A stretch of DNA of 42,558 bases from a virus (IMGVR_UViG_3300034008_000127:1-42558); one strand, 5' to 3'. Shown: positions 8,420 through 18,899, numbered from the stretch's first letter. Notes: a model not told the origin generated them from the sequence alone. Numbers and translations: made by a program.

Positions 8420-11400
8420 TCACAGGCAGTTCCTCACCGTGTCGATGTCCGTCTTCTCGGCATCAAGCCCATCCAGCAACTCGCGGAGCGTGAGGGGCGC
8501 GTCGTCGCCCAGGTCCAGCGGCAGATCGAGCGAGGCCTGGTCGGCAGCGTCGAACAGGCCCATCCCGATCGTGCTGTCCTGGTCGGCCGCCGCCCGCATC
8601 GGCGATGCGGCTTTCAGCTCGGCCTGTTGTGGCTGCCGTGCGCTGGCAGCAGGATCGACCGCTTCCGGCAGGTCCAGCAGCCCCGCTTCGGCGCGCAAAT
8701 CATGCTCGACGCTGTCCGCCTGCGCCTTGGCCAGCGGTCCGTCCGGATCGAGGAAGTCATGCGCCGCGGCGATGGCCTGCGGCGAGGCCTCGCTTACTTC
8801 GCTGTCAGGTCCGTCGAGATCGTCGGCTGCTCGGGCACCACCTTCGTATGCAGCGCTTGCAATCGCCGCAGCTGCGCTTTCGTCTCCTCCGATACCTTCG
8901 GGCTTGCCAACGCGGCCGCGGTCCGGTCGTCCAATACCTTGCGGGTCCGTCGGTGTTCCGGCGTCATCGGCATCATCCAGATAAGCGAACGGGTCGCGGT
9001 CAGGGTCATACGAGAAAACGCGCGGGTCGTCATCATCGAACGGTATATCGAGACCAGGGTCCTGCTCGGCCGCCTCCGCGAGCGCGTCCCCCCGCGTCCT
9101 CTCGAAGTGAGCGACCAGCGCGTCCTCGGCGCCGACGCCGTTGAGCACCATGTCCTCAAGGACTGCCGCGCGTTCCTCCGCGGTCAACTCGTCGGGATCG
9201 AGATAACGATCAAGCGACGGCTCGGCGTCCAGGAGATCCTGCTCGAAGCGCGCTTCGCGGTCCTGGAGCCGCTCTTCGTCGTGTATCTTACCGCGAATGT
9301 TGGGATGGTAGAGGCGTTTTCCTGGCGATGTAGCCGCTTGATAGAGCAGATCGAGGACCTGAGCCTCGTCGGGACGGTCCAGGAACCATCCCAACTCCCA
9401 CAGCGCCTCCCCGAGCTCGTCGATCGACTTGCCATCCTTGCGGAAAACGTGCCCGCCGCCGGGAGCGAACTGCGGAATGCTTCCGCCGCCGCCGCCCGCG
9501 CGCCGCTTCGATCCGCTGATAACCCCACTGATCAGACGGCCGCGACCGCGCAAGTCATGTCCCGCGTCGTCGCGCAGACCGCCCGCGCGAGCCGCCACCG
9601 TCAAGACGTCATACCGCTCCTCGTCCGGAGCCTCCGCCAGTATGTGCCGAACGCCATGTGGACGACGCGCCGACGCGAGCCTTTTCGGGGCAACAACCGC
9701 GGCCACCGCTGCGATGACGGGCGGCTCCGCGCTCCGGACGACGTCTTCTGCGATCGCCCCGATAGGGGTGTCCGTATCGGCCATTACCGGCTCCGCCGAC
9801 AGCAGCTCGGCCGCGATCGGCAGGGGCGCGGCGCCGTCGACCGCTTCTGCCGAAGCGAGGCGTTCCGCCTGCAGGCGGTCGATCTCCGCCTGCAGCTCGG
9901 CGCGGTACGCGCCTTCGCCCTCGGCCAGCTCGACCCGCGCACCCGCCGGCGCAGGACGTGCCTCGCCCATCTTGGTGTGCGCCCAGCGGATCACGTCCGC
10001 CGCGGTCATGTTGGCCAGGAACGGATTGGCCTTCACCGCGCCAGCGCCCAGCACGTCGACTGCACGCGCGTCCGGGTCCGCGGCGAACAGCTTGCCGGCG
10101 CCGCCCTGCCCGGCGAAATGCGCGAGGTAGAGGTTCCCCGCCGTTTCCGCCTCGCCCTTGCTGCGCAGGAACGCCGCATTGTCCGCGAGCAGGTCGTCCA
10201 TCAGCACGTCCTGCAAGCCCGCGTCGCGCCGCTTGGCCAGCATGTCCGCGCGCGACAGGCCCTGCGATCCGAAGCGCCGGGTATAATAGGCCACCCAGGT
10301 ATCGTCGAGGAACTGGTACTTACCCCGCGCCGACGACAGCGGGTTGGCGTATTTGGCCCCTCCGCCGCTCTCCACCACGCCGATCCGGTTTTTGAGCGCC
10401 TGCCGTGCCGGTGTGCCGCTCACCGTCCCGCTGCCTAGGGTGGTGCCGATCGCCACCCGCGGCCGCACCGGTCCGCCGGCAACGCGCGCGCGGGGAGGAG
10501 GCGCGTTCGACAGGATGCTGGCCATCGTCGCCTGCAGCGTGTCCTGGTGCGCCGCGATCCCGGCGCCGTTGGGCTTGAACGGGTTCTGGGCGGTGATACT
10601 CGCAGCGCGCGCCATTTCGGCCAGCGCGGCGCGCTGCTCCTCGCTCATGGAGTCGCGGCCGATCGCGAGCTCGGCCAGCTCTGGCAGATCGTCCTCGCCG
10701 ATCTCGGCCGCGCTCGCCCAACGCTCGCGAACCCGGGGCGGGAGCGCGTTCCACACGGCGGCGATGCCCGTCTCGCGAACCGTAGCGGCTGCGTCCGCCG
10801 CCGCGCGCCCGCCTCTTGTCGCGACGTCCGAGACGGCTCCGGCACCCGCCTTGGCCGCCGCACCGACGTAGGGCGCCACGGCCTTGCCCGCCCCCTCCAG
10901 AAGGCCGCCGCCGATGCCAGCGGCTGCGACGTCCCGCGCGGCGTCGCCCGCGGTCATCGTCTCGCCCATCGCCGTCAGCGCACGCGCGCGTCCCGGCAGC
11001 GTCAGCGCCTCGGTTCCCGCCGCGATGATCCCCTCGCGCAGGATGGTTCCCAGAATCGTCTTGCCGCCGCCGCCCAGCGGCAGCGTGATGATGTTGAGCG
11101 GGTCTTGGAACGATCCGGCCGCGCCGCCGACGAGCCGCGCAGCCAGGCCCGCCCGATTGCCCATGTCCTGATCGCGCGCGCGATCACCGTCGCGGGTCAG
11201 GACCAATCGCTCGAACTCGTCCTTCGACTTGGGCAACGAGGCGAACGCTCTGCCGTCTCGCGCGCGCGCCGCCTCCACCGCCGCCCAAACGCGATTGTAG
11301 TCGAGCAGCCGCATCGCGCGGTTGTCGCTCATCGAATAGAGGTTGTCCGGCTCCTCCTGCGGTTGGAAGTCGGACCGCAGTGTCTTGGGGTCGACGCCCA

Positions 11401-11593
11401 TGTCCGTCAGCGCGTCGATGATGGGATGATACCGGCGCGCCAGGCGGTCGACCTGCACCGTCTCCACTTCGTCGCCCGTCGTCCGGAACGACGCGGCGAC
11501 GCCCTCCAGGAACGTCGGGTCCGGCCCCGCGCGCTGGGATAGCCGCACGGGCCGACGCGGCAACCGCGATCCGACGACGACACCGCCGTCCAT
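8420..11593 (-). CDS. Internal virion protein with lytic transglycosylase-like domain
   Basis: 1057 aa; VESGG...SSARGKYQFLDDTW...YLAHFAGQGGA lysozyme-fold motif; position in the ejection-protein cluster. Confidence 0.8.
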   Translation of the reverse strand: MDGGVVVGSRLPRRPVRLSQRAGPDPTFLEGVAASFRTTGDEVETVQVDRLARRYHPIIDALTDMGVDPKTLRSDFQPQEEPDNLYSMSDNRAMRLLDYNRVWAAVEAARARDGRAFASLPKSKDEFERLVLTRDGDRARDQDMGNRAGLAARLVGGAAGSFQDPLNIITLPLGGGGKTILGTILREGIIAAGTEALTLPGRARALTAMGETMTAGDAARDVAAAGIGGGLLEGAGKAVAPYVGAAAKAGAGAVSDVATRGGRAAADAAATVRETGIAAVWNALPPRVRERWASAAEIGEDDLPELAELAIGRDSMSEEQRAALAEMARAASITAQNPFKPNGAGIAAHQDTLQATMASILSNAPPPRARVAGGPVRPRVAIGTTLGSGTVSGTPARQALKNRIGVVESGGGAKYANPLSSARGKYQFLDDTWVAYYTRRFGSQGLSRADMLAKRRDAGLQDVLMDDLLADNAAFLRSKGEAETAGNLYLAHFAGQGGAGKLFAADPDARAVDVLGAGAVKANPFLANMTAADVIRWAHTKMGEARPAPAGARVELAEGEGAYRAELQAEIDRLQAERLASAEAVDGAAPLPIAAELLSAEPVMADTDTPIGAIAEDVVRSAEPPVIAAVAAVVAPKRLASARRPHGVRHILAEAPDEERYDVLTVAARAGGLRDDAGHDLRGRGRLISGVISGSKRRAGGGGGSIPQFAPGGGHVFRKDGKSIDELGEALWELGWFLDRPDEAQVLDLLYQAATSPGKRLYHPNIRGKIHDEERLQDREARFEQDLLDAEPSLDRYLDPDELTAEERAAVLEDMVLNGVGAEDALVAHFERTRGDALAEAAEQDPGLDIPFDDDDPRVFSYDPDRDPFAYLDDADDAGTPTDPQGIGRPDRGRVGKPEGIGGDESAAAAIASAAYEGGARAADDLDGPDSEVSEASPQAIAAAHDFLDPDGPLAKAQADSVEHDLRAEAGLLDLPEAVDPAASARQPQQAELKAASPMRAAADQDSTIGMGLFDAADQASLDLPLDLGDDAPLTLRELLDGLDAEKTDIDTVRNCL

Positions 11594-13431
11594 CAGCGTG
11601 GCCGGCGCGGGCGCAGCACGAACGCGGACCCATCATTGCCGCGCAATGCATCGCCCATGCCGTCTACCAGATGGTACAGCGGCGCCCCGTCCGCATCGTC
11701 GCCGACATAGTCCGCCCGGTAGTTGGCCAGGACGTCCGCCTTGGCCACGGGGTCGCCATTGGCATAGGTCGCTCCGCCGAAATCCGTGCGGGACAGCTGG
11801 CCGTCGAACTCGGTCGCCGTCTGCCAGCGCGGGAGCCACACCGGCTTGCCGCGCACCGCCTGCACGCCGCCCTGCACGTAACCGTCCGGCCGCCGCGTCG
11901 CCCCCATGGCCGTTCCCAGCGCAGCGCGGAATCCCTCCGCGCTGAACCCTGATTGCCCGTTCGCGGCCATGCCTTGCGCCATGATGTCCCAGGCGGTGTC
12001 CACGACGGTGCGATAGGCTCCGCCCAGCTGCCCCGCGATCGCCGGACCCAGCGTCTTGCGGGCCGCCGTCTCCACGTCGCGCGACTCGCCGAAATCCTTC
12101 GGCCTTGCCTTGCGCGTCTCGCGTCCCTCCAGCGCCGCGATGCGTGCCTTGGGGCCGAGGTTCGCCAGTGCGCCCAGGCCGGGCTCGATCTTCTCCGCCT
12201 TGTCGTACCGTGCGGCCGCGTCGCCCGTCAGGGTGGCGAGCGCCTGCGATTTGCCCGCCGGTCCCTGCCTCGCCAGGTCCCGCAACGCGCCGACCTCGCG
12301 GTCGTCCGCTATGTCGACCAGGTCGTCCAGCTGCGCCTTCATCACCTGCTCGGCCTCGGTCGCCTTGCCGGCGCCGATCTTGCCCGCCAGCGCGTCGCGG
12401 TCGCGGCGCATGCTGTCCGCCGATCGCCCGGTATAGGTGCGGTTCACCTGCACCTTGATGGCTAGGGCGCCGAAGTCGATCAGTTCCGCCGCGTCCAGCT
12501 TTGCGCGGGTCGCTTGCCGCTGCACCGCCTGCAGCTCGCTCGGCGCCGGGGCGATGCCTGCCTTCACCTTCGCCTTCACGGCCTTGATGGCATCGCGGGC
12601 CTCGTCGCGGGTGCGGCTCTTCGCCAGCTCTGCCTCCCGCGCGCTGACCTGCTCGGCCGCGTCGATCTGGCGCAGCAGGTTCGTCTTGGCCCCGTCGTCC
12701 ATGAAGCCGTCGAACATGCCGTTGGCCAGCAGCGCCTTGGCGCTGGCTGTTTCGCCCCGCGCCAGCATGCCGTTGAACGTCGCGGTTACGCGCTCCGCCT
12801 TGTACCGGTGGCTCAGCTGCGCCTTAATGCCGGGATCCAGATCGGTAGCCCCGACGATCGTGTCCACCGCCGCCAGCGCGGCGGGCAGGTCGGTCGGCTT
12901 GCCGGCCGCGAGCGCGTTGTTCGCGCCGTTGTTGTACTTGTCGAGGTTCGCGCCCTCGATCGCCGCATCCTGGCGGCGCGACCAGTCGTGCTCTTGGTCG
13001 CGCACGCGCCCGCTGTATTGCGCCACCATCGGCGCGATGCGGTCATAGACCTCCTCGTCGTCGGGCAGGCTCTCGACGAACTGCTTGCCCCACGTCGTCA
13101 CCGCCTCGTCGGCCTTCCCCCGATACTGCTCGGGCGGCACCGTGCTGCGCAGCTTGGCCAGCTGGTCGCCCAGCGCCGTCTTGCCGTCCTCTAGCGCGCC
13201 GATCGTGTTCACCACGGTCCGCGATCTCCAGCGCTCCCGTTCCTTCAGGTCGGTGCGCAGCCGGTCGTCTTTCACCTGCTCCTGCATCTGCGCATCCTGC
13301 GCGGCCGCGCGGCCCAGCGCGTCGCCAACCGCGTCCAGTCCTTCCACGAGGCCCGATCGGAACGCGGCCGGGTTGCGCTGTTGCATCGGCGCGACGTTCG
13401 TCGTCACACGGTTGCGGAACCCGTCCGTCAC
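11593..13431 (-). CDS. Internal virion protein (helical, gp15-like position)
   Basis: 612-aa Ala-rich helical ORF, translationally coupled on both sides. Confidence 0.7.
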   Translation of the reverse strand: MTDGFRNRVTTNVAPMQQRNPAAFRSGLVEGLDAVGDALGRAAAQDAQMQEQVKDDRLRTDLKERERWRSRTVVNTIGALEDGKTALGDQLAKLRSTVPPEQYRGKADEAVTTWGKQFVESLPDDEEVYDRIAPMVAQYSGRVRDQEHDWSRRQDAAIEGANLDKYNNGANNALAAGKPTDLPAALAAVDTIVGATDLDPGIKAQLSHRYKAERVTATFNGMLARGETASAKALLANGMFDGFMDDGAKTNLLRQIDAAEQVSAREAELAKSRTRDEARDAIKAVKAKVKAGIAPAPSELQAVQRQATRAKLDAAELIDFGALAIKVQVNRTYTGRSADSMRRDRDALAGKIGAGKATEAEQVMKAQLDDLVDIADDREVGALRDLARQGPAGKSQALATLTGDAAARYDKAEKIEPGLGALANLGPKARIAALEGRETRKARPKDFGESRDVETAARKTLGPAIAGQLGGAYRTVVDTAWDIMAQGMAANGQSGFSAEGFRAALGTAMGATRRPDGYVQGGVQAVRGKPVWLPRWQTATEFDGQLSRTDFGGATYANGDPVAKADVLANYRADYVGDDADGAPLYHLVDGMGDALRGNDGSAFVLRPRRPR

Positions 13432-13955
13432 CGCGCCACGCCCGCGATCGTCGGGCGCGGCGCCCGTCCGCCGCTACCCCAGGCGGCAGCTCGCCCGCGC
13501 CCCGCCGACGCCGCGGCCGCGCGCTGCGCACGGATGTTCGAAACGCCCTGCAGCGCCGTGGCCGCTGCGCCGAACAGGCCGCCGATGATCGCCGCCTTGC
13601 CCGCCTTGCGCTTGTCGTCTGCGGCCTGTTGCAGCCCGCGCGCCTCGCGGGTCGCGCGCCTGCGGATGTTCAGCACCTCCAGCTCGCGCTGGTAGGCGCT
13701 CTGCGCCAGCACGTCCGCCGCGCTGCCGCTGCCCAGCTGCACGCCGCTCCCGCCCATCACCGTGATCATCTCCCCCGCCTGGCGCCGTTCCTCGGTCCGC
13801 GTTGCATCGGCCTGTTGCTCGGCCTCCAGCAATGCCAGCCGGGCGTTCTCCTCGTCGACGCGGGCACCGGCGCGCGCCGCACGGTCCTGCTCGACGCCCC
13901 CGACGACGCCGCCCACCACCTGCAGCGCCAGCGCAGCGGGTGCGAGCGCCGCCAT
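13428..13955 (-). CDS. Internal virion protein (T7 gp14-like position)
   Basis: MAALAPAALALQVVGG... with GGSGVQLGSGSAADV motif typical of small ejection proteins. Confidence 0.7.
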   Translation of the reverse strand: MAALAPAALALQVVGGVVGGVEQDRAARAGARVDEENARLALLEAEQQADATRTEERRQAGEMITVMGGSGVQLGSGSAADVLAQSAYQRELEVLNIRRRATREARGLQQAADDKRKAGKAAIIGGLFGAAATALQGVSNIRAQRAAAASAGRGRAAAWGSGGRAPRPTIAGVAR

Positions 13956-14392
13956 TATCGGGTGTCTCCACGAACGAGCCTGTAGATCACAGCATCTTCC
14001 CCATCGGCGAAATACACCCCCAGCTCCGCCTCGCGGACAAACCCCAGCATCGCCATCCACCGGTGCGCCGCGCGGTGGCTGGCGCGCACCAGCGCATCCA
14101 CGCGCTCGTGCGGCAACGAGGCGGCGAACCAGCGCACGCGCCGGGTCAGCGCCAGCATGGCGGACCCGGCATGTGGCGACAGCGCAGCCCACATCGTCGC
14201 GTAGCGCGGGTGCGTCTCCAGCGCGCCGCCGCAGAACAGGACGGCACCATGCCGGTCCCGAGCCGTGAAGCACCGGCCGGTCGCCGCAAGCTGGCGCGCA
14301 TGATACACCGGCGCGTCGATCAGCTCCGGCTGCGCCTCCTGGACCGTCATCGCCTGGAGGTCACGTGGATCAAAGGCGGCGACCCGGATCAT
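13955..14392 (-). CDS. GNAT-fold protein (T7 gp13-like)
   Basis: RVDALV...AHRWMAMLGFVRE motif; conserved position after tail tubular protein B. Confidence 0.7.
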   Translation of the reverse strand: MIRVAAFDPRDLQAMTVQEAQPELIDAPVYHARQLAATGRCFTARDRHGAVLFCGGALETHPRYATMWAALSPHAGSAMLALTRRVRWFAASLPHERVDALVRASHRAAHRWMAMLGFVREAELGVYFADGEDAVIYRLVRGDTR

Positions 14393-14402
14393 GCCGTCCC
14401 CC

Positions 14403-16673
14403 TCATGCTCTGGCCGCGTCCAGCGTCGGACAGATCGCCCGCACCGTCGCCCCTGTCGCCGCTACCCGCTCGACCGTGATCTGACCAAAGCGGTCGTGGG
14501 TGCCCATGTCCTCGGCCAGCAGCACGCCGGTGAACGGCACGAAGCCCGCGTTGGCCACGCTGTCGCCCAGCAGCTGCTCGATGTCGCGGGGCGTGGAGTT
14601 CTGCACCGTGACGCGTAGCCCGCGCGTGTCGAGCACGCTGATCGCGATCCGGCTGATCCGTCGTGACTTGCCCAGCGCCGCGCCGTTGTCGCTGCCGCCG
14701 CTGGTCGGCAGCGTCGTGAACCGCGCCGGAAAGCGCAGGCCCGCGCGCACCCGCCCGGCCGGGTTCGGGATCGTCACCATCCCGTCGCCGCCGACGATCC
14801 GGTCCGCATAGACCGCGTCGTCGGCTTGGACGTCCACCGTTCGCCCGGCGAGCCACGCCACCGGCCCGAACGACGTGGCCGGATCGCCATCGAACTCCGC
14901 CGCCAGGTCTGTCATCGCCGGGTCGACGTCGTCGGCTTCTTGCCGGAACTGGTCGAGGCGCAGCACATGCCACCCGCCGTTCCACTCGGCCGCGATCCAC
15001 AGCTGGTCCAGCTCGCCGGCCGGGTCCGTGATCGTCGCGATCGACCGCGCCGCGATCCCCGCCGCCAGCGGCCGGGTCGCCCAGCCGAGCACCTGTTCCG
15101 CGGGAAGGTACGCCGCGCACGCCAGCGTACCGTCGCCGCGCAGCGCCCAGACCAGGCGGTTCGGGTCCTTCTGGCTCGCCAGCGCGACGAAGCCGGGCTT
15201 GCCGATGTGGCGGGCATAACGCGACAGGTCGATCGCGTCCTGCCGGTCGCGTTGCAGCGCATAGTCGCCCTCGACGACGCGGCGCCGACTCCGCCCGACG
15301 TACAGCGTCCTCCCGTCGAGCAGCACCGGCATCGTCCGCGCCGCGCCCTCGTTGTTTTGCCGGTCGACCCGCAGGTTGCCGGGGCCGACTCCGCTCGCCG
15401 CGTTCGACGGGCCCAGCGCGAACATCCCGCTGCCGTTCAGCACCAGCAGCTTTTCGTCCGCCACCAGCGCCACGATCGGGTTGGGGTTCGATAGCGTTGC
15501 GACGAACGCCATGTCGGCGCTGATGTCGCCCTGTTCGTTGTACGTCGCGTGGTTCAACAAATCGCCCGCGACGCCGCCGTACACGGTCGATCCCTTGGCG
15601 AGCACCAGCCGCTCGTTCCACACCACCCCGTTGGTGGGCCAGCCGCGCCGGTCGCTGAACGCGCCGAACCGCCACCGCCAGGTGCCGAACGCGTAATCGA
15701 CCGAGCCCGCAGGCGGCACGTATTCCCCCGAGTCGGGATCATAGTATCCGCCGTCATAGGTGTAGCTGCTCGACGCGGTGAACGGCAGTCGGCGCAGCAC
15801 CGTTGCGCTGACCTCGGTCGGGCTGGTGTAGCTGGTGATCCGCAGAATGCCGAACCGGTCGCAGACGAACTCCAGCTGCACGCCGCCGGCCGCATTGTCG
15901 TTGATGTCGGTGCCGGCGCCGATCCCATCCCACTCGATCCCCGCGTGATGGATCGGCGCGACCGTTCCCGTACGGCCGCTGCCTCCGGCGACGCGGTACA
16001 CCCGCTCCCGCCACGTCAGCAGCTGGCCCACCGTCACGGTGATCCCCGGCTCCCAGCTGGCGATGTCGCCGAAATCGTCCGCCTCGATCTGGAACAGCCC
16101 GCCGACGTCGCCAGCTGCGAAGATGGCGGCGCTCGCCGTCATCTCGACGTCGCCGGAGACGCCGTTCGTGGAGACGACGATCGACCGGTCGCTGTTGCGC
16201 GGCTCGAACGGTCCGTTGACCAGCACCACCCGCTCCAGCTCGAAGGTGTCCGCGCTCGTGCGGACCAGCTGTCGGGTCTGATGTTCGCCGTGGAACAGGT
16301 ACAGCACGTCGTAGCTCTGCTCGAACGCCAGCTCGCCGATCGCCGCCATGTCGTATGGCAGCGCGACCTCCACCGGCTCGCCCCCAGCCTCGATCCGCGC
16401 GTCGTTGGTGTAGAAGCGCGCGGTGTCCGCGCTCATCTCGACGACATAGCCCTGGGTGGCGTTGAACTCGAACGGGACCAGGCGGCACGGCCCCTTCGCC
16501 CCTGCGACGCGCAGTGTGCCTGGGCACGCGTCCAGTCCGCCTTCGGGAAGCGGGACCCAGCCCGTCAGCTCCGCGACCCCGATGTCGTAGATGGCGAGGT
16601 CGAAGCGCGCATGCAGCCGGCGCGACAGTTCGCCCGCATTGAAGTTCGTCTGTGCGGGCGTGATCAGCGCCAT
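14403..16673 (-). CDS. Tail tubular protein B (nozzle)
   Basis: QTNFNAGELS N-terminal motif, LVPFEFNATQGYVVE, QSYDVLYL, GWP..V...ERLV; beta-propeller-like composition. Confidence 0.85.
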   Translation of the reverse strand: MALITPAQTNFNAGELSRRLHARFDLAIYDIGVAELTGWVPLPEGGLDACPGTLRVAGAKGPCRLVPFEFNATQGYVVEMSADTARFYTNDARIEAGGEPVEVALPYDMAAIGELAFEQSYDVLYLFHGEHQTRQLVRTSADTFELERVVLVNGPFEPRNSDRSIVVSTNGVSGDVEMTASAAIFAAGDVGGLFQIEADDFGDIASWEPGITVTVGQLLTWRERVYRVAGGSGRTGTVAPIHHAGIEWDGIGAGTDINDNAAGGVQLEFVCDRFGILRITSYTSPTEVSATVLRRLPFTASSSYTYDGGYYDPDSGEYVPPAGSVDYAFGTWRWRFGAFSDRRGWPTNGVVWNERLVLAKGSTVYGGVAGDLLNHATYNEQGDISADMAFVATLSNPNPIVALVADEKLLVLNGSGMFALGPSNAASGVGPGNLRVDRQNNEGAARTMPVLLDGRTLYVGRSRRRVVEGDYALQRDRQDAIDLSRYARHIGKPGFVALASQKDPNRLVWALRGDGTLACAAYLPAEQVLGWATRPLAAGIAARSIATITDPAGELDQLWIAAEWNGGWHVLRLDQFRQEADDVDPAMTDLAAEFDGDPATSFGPVAWLAGRTVDVQADDAVYADRIVGGDGMVTIPNPAGRVRAGLRFPARFTTLPTSGGSDNGAALGKSRRISRIAISVLDTRGLRVTVQNSTPRDIEQLLGDSVANAGFVPFTGVLLAEDMGTHDRFGQITVERVAATGATVRAICPTLDAARA

Positions 16674-16674
16674 G

Positions 16675-17352
16675 TCACTCGCCGCCCGCGCCGTAATAGC
16701 CGTGGCCGTCGTACGCGCCATAGCCACCACCATACGCGCCCCGGCTGCGCGCCCGCAGCCACGACGATCGCGTCACGCTGCCGCCGCGCTGCGTCGCACC
16801 CGTTTCCAGCCCGTCGATCCGCTTGGCGTCGCGCATGGCCTTGGCGGCACGATCGAGCAGCCGGTCCTTGATCCCTTCGCTCTGGGTGACTCCTTCGGCC
16901 ATCGCGGCCGCGAGCGCCAGCATCGCCGCCTGAACGAACGCAGGCGACCAGCGCGTCGTGTCGTCGACCAGCGCGATGTACCGGATCGTCATGGCTGTGG
17001 CGTTGCTGACCAGCGTGTCGCCCTCGCGCTCGCATCGCTCCGTCGATCGATGCGCGGGGTCGCCGGGCAGCCAGCGCAGGCAGTCGGCGGGGAGGGCGAA
17101 CCGGCGTTGCCAGCCGAAGGTCGGCGCGACGCCGGAGACGTTGAGCGTCGCGCGCGCGATCGCGAAGTTCCACGGGTGCTGCGCCAGCAGCTGTCGCACG
17201 ATCCCTGGCCACAGCGCATGCGCACGCCGCGCGCTATTGTTCGTCGGATCGTCCATGCTGGTCGGCCGCTCGGTCGATCCCAGCTCCGCCAGCGCCGCGT
17301 GCAGGATGCTGGTCGGGCTGTCTGCGGCGAGTGGCACGGGAGACCTTTTCAT
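16675..17352 (-). CDS. Tail tubular protein A (adaptor)
   Basis: ALAELG...HPWNFA...FGW...FALPADCLR motifs. Confidence 0.85.
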   Translation of the reverse strand: MKRSPVPLAADSPTSILHAALAELGSTERPTSMDDPTNNSARRAHALWPGIVRQLLAQHPWNFAIARATLNVSGVAPTFGWQRRFALPADCLRWLPGDPAHRSTERCEREGDTLVSNATAMTIRYIALVDDTTRWSPAFVQAAMLALAAAMAEGVTQSEGIKDRLLDRAAKAMRDAKRIDGLETGATQRGGSVTRSSWLRARSRGAYGGGYGAYDGHGYYGAGGE

Positions 17353-17422
17353 GCGGGGGAGAGGTGACGCGCCGGGCGGGGTTCCCACTCCGAATTATCC
17401 TGCCGGATAGCCCGGCGCGCCG

Positions 17423-17448
17423 ACCGGGCGGGACCAGGCCCGCCCGGT
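17423..17448. other. Perfect 10-bp GC hairpin after the capsid decoration gene (processing/stability site; no U tract)
   Basis: ACCGGGCGGG-N6-CCCGCCCGGT. Confidence 0.5.
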
Positions 17449-17461
17449 ATTACGGGTCGCG

Positions 17462-17884
17462 TCAGCGGTGCGACGCGACGACGCTGGCCACCATCAGCCC
17501 GGCCGCGGGCAGGGCGCCCGAGGGGGTGAGGATGATCTCTTCGAGGGCTGTGAGCGGCTCCATCGCCAGCATCGCCGGGATGATCGCGAAGCGCACGGTC
17601 GCGCCCGCAGCCGGGCCTGCCTGGGCGGCCGCATATTTTGCGGGCGAGGCGACCGTTCCCACGGTAAAGGTGAGGCCCGACAGGTTGACGTCGGAAGCCA
17701 GGCTGACCGAGTCGATGCAGCTTCCCTCGCGCACCTTGGCGGCGAGCAGGGTGTTGGCGGTGCCGCCCCCCTCGGAAGCCAGGCTGACCTTGTTGCGATA
17801 GCGGCGGTTCGCCGCGTCGTGGCTGGTGCCGCTGGCGTAGCGGGACTTGTCGGCCTTGAAGGCGTCGCCGTAGATGATCGGCAT
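17462..17884 (-). CDS. Capsid decoration/cement protein (Bbp16-like position)
   Basis: 140-aa beta-rich ORF immediately after the major capsid gene, with a strong SD. Confidence 0.6.
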   Translation of the reverse strand: MPIIYGDAFKADKSRYASGTSHDAANRRYRNKVSLASEGGGTANTLLAAKVREGSCIDSVSLASDVNLSGLTFTVGTVASPAKYAAAQAGPAAGATVRFAIIPAMLAMEPLTALEEIILTPSGALPAAGLMVASVVASHR

Positions 17885-17966
17885 TGCATTGTCCTTCCTT
17901 CACATCGCGCGAAATCGGCGCGGGATCACGGATGACGGACGGGGCCACAGCCCCGCCCTCGGGGCA

Positions 17967-18899
17967 TCACGAAACAGGCTTGGTTTCGATGAACCACGCC
18001 TTCTTCTCGTCGGTGCGCGTCACGGTGGACTCCGCCTCGGCGTAGATTTGCTCGCTGTACTGCTTGTCGCTCCGCGGGTCGGTCTTGCCCCAGAACTCGA
18101 CCCACACACCGCGGTGCAGGCCCGAGGGCACGATCACAGGCAGACGATTGAGCCCGCCCACCTGGAACAGCGACGCGGATTCTGGGTAGGCTTCGGGATC
18201 GCCCAGGTTCGCCGGCAGGAAGCGGAACCCCATCCACGGCTTCAGCTCGCCATCGACCAGCGGCTTGCTGCCCTGGTAGTCGAAGCTGACATACTTCTCG
18301 ATGTTGAACAGGTCCGCCTCGGCATCCGCGTCCAGCAGGATGATCGGCTTCTCGGTACTGAAGTTGACGCTGGCCTTGCGCAGCAGCCGCTTCAGCTCAA
18401 TCAGCTTCGCCAGCGTCAGCCCGACGGAGACGCCGCCGAAATTGTGCGCCACCTTGTTGGCGGACGGGAACGCCACCGTCGACTGCGCCGTCTCCGCGCC
18501 GATCCACGCGTCGCCCCAGAATCCGGCCAGGAAGGCGTCGTCGTGATAGGTGCGTGCCGCCGATGCGGTTTCGCGGATCAGCGGGGACTTCAGGTCGACG
18601 CTGGTGACGTCGATGTCGTCGCGGTCGATCAGCGTCGCGACGTTGTAGCGGCCGGGCTTCTTGATGAAGCGGCGCTCGACGCTGGTGTCCGTCAGGTTGG
18701 TGTCGCCATTCCGCGTCGTCTTGCGCTGCATCTTCAAGCGACTGAAACGATCCTCGATCTTTGCCTCGCTCCGCCCGGCATAATTGCCGGTCGATCCCGC
18801 GAGCGTATAGAGGATGCCCGGCTCCTGGCGGAGCGTGTGGGTGACGTTGTTGACGTATTCGACTTCACGCAGGGTATCGGCGAAATTCTCTGCCATCAC
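17967..18899 (-). CDS. Major capsid protein
   Basis: 310 aa after the scaffold gene; SFDY...LVDGEL..WMGFRF and TRTDEKK end typical of BPP-1-like capsids; GGAGG SD. Confidence 0.85.
   Translation of the reverse strand: MMAENFADTLREVEYVNNVTHTLRQEPGILYTLAGSTGNYAGRSEAKIEDRFSRLKMQRKTTRNGDTNLTDTSVERRFIKKPGRYNVATLIDRDDIDVTSVDLKSPLIRETASAARTYHDDAFLAGFWGDAWIGAETAQSTVAFPSANKVAHNFGGVSVGLTLAKLIELKRLLRKASVNFSTEKPIILLDADAEADLFNIEKYVSFDYQGSKPLVDGELKPWMGFRFLPANLGDPEAYPESASLFQVGGLNRLPVIVPSGLHRGVWVEFWGKTDPRSDKQYSEQIYAEAESTVTRTDEKKAWFIETKPVS

Noticed and set aside
7823-10438. Long plus-strand ORFs antisense to virion genes (also 17874-19577, 23921-25702) and minus-strand 27989-29548, 40714-41955
   Set aside because: Shadow ORFs of high-GC coding sequence: no motifs, atypical composition, fully overlapping well-supported genes.
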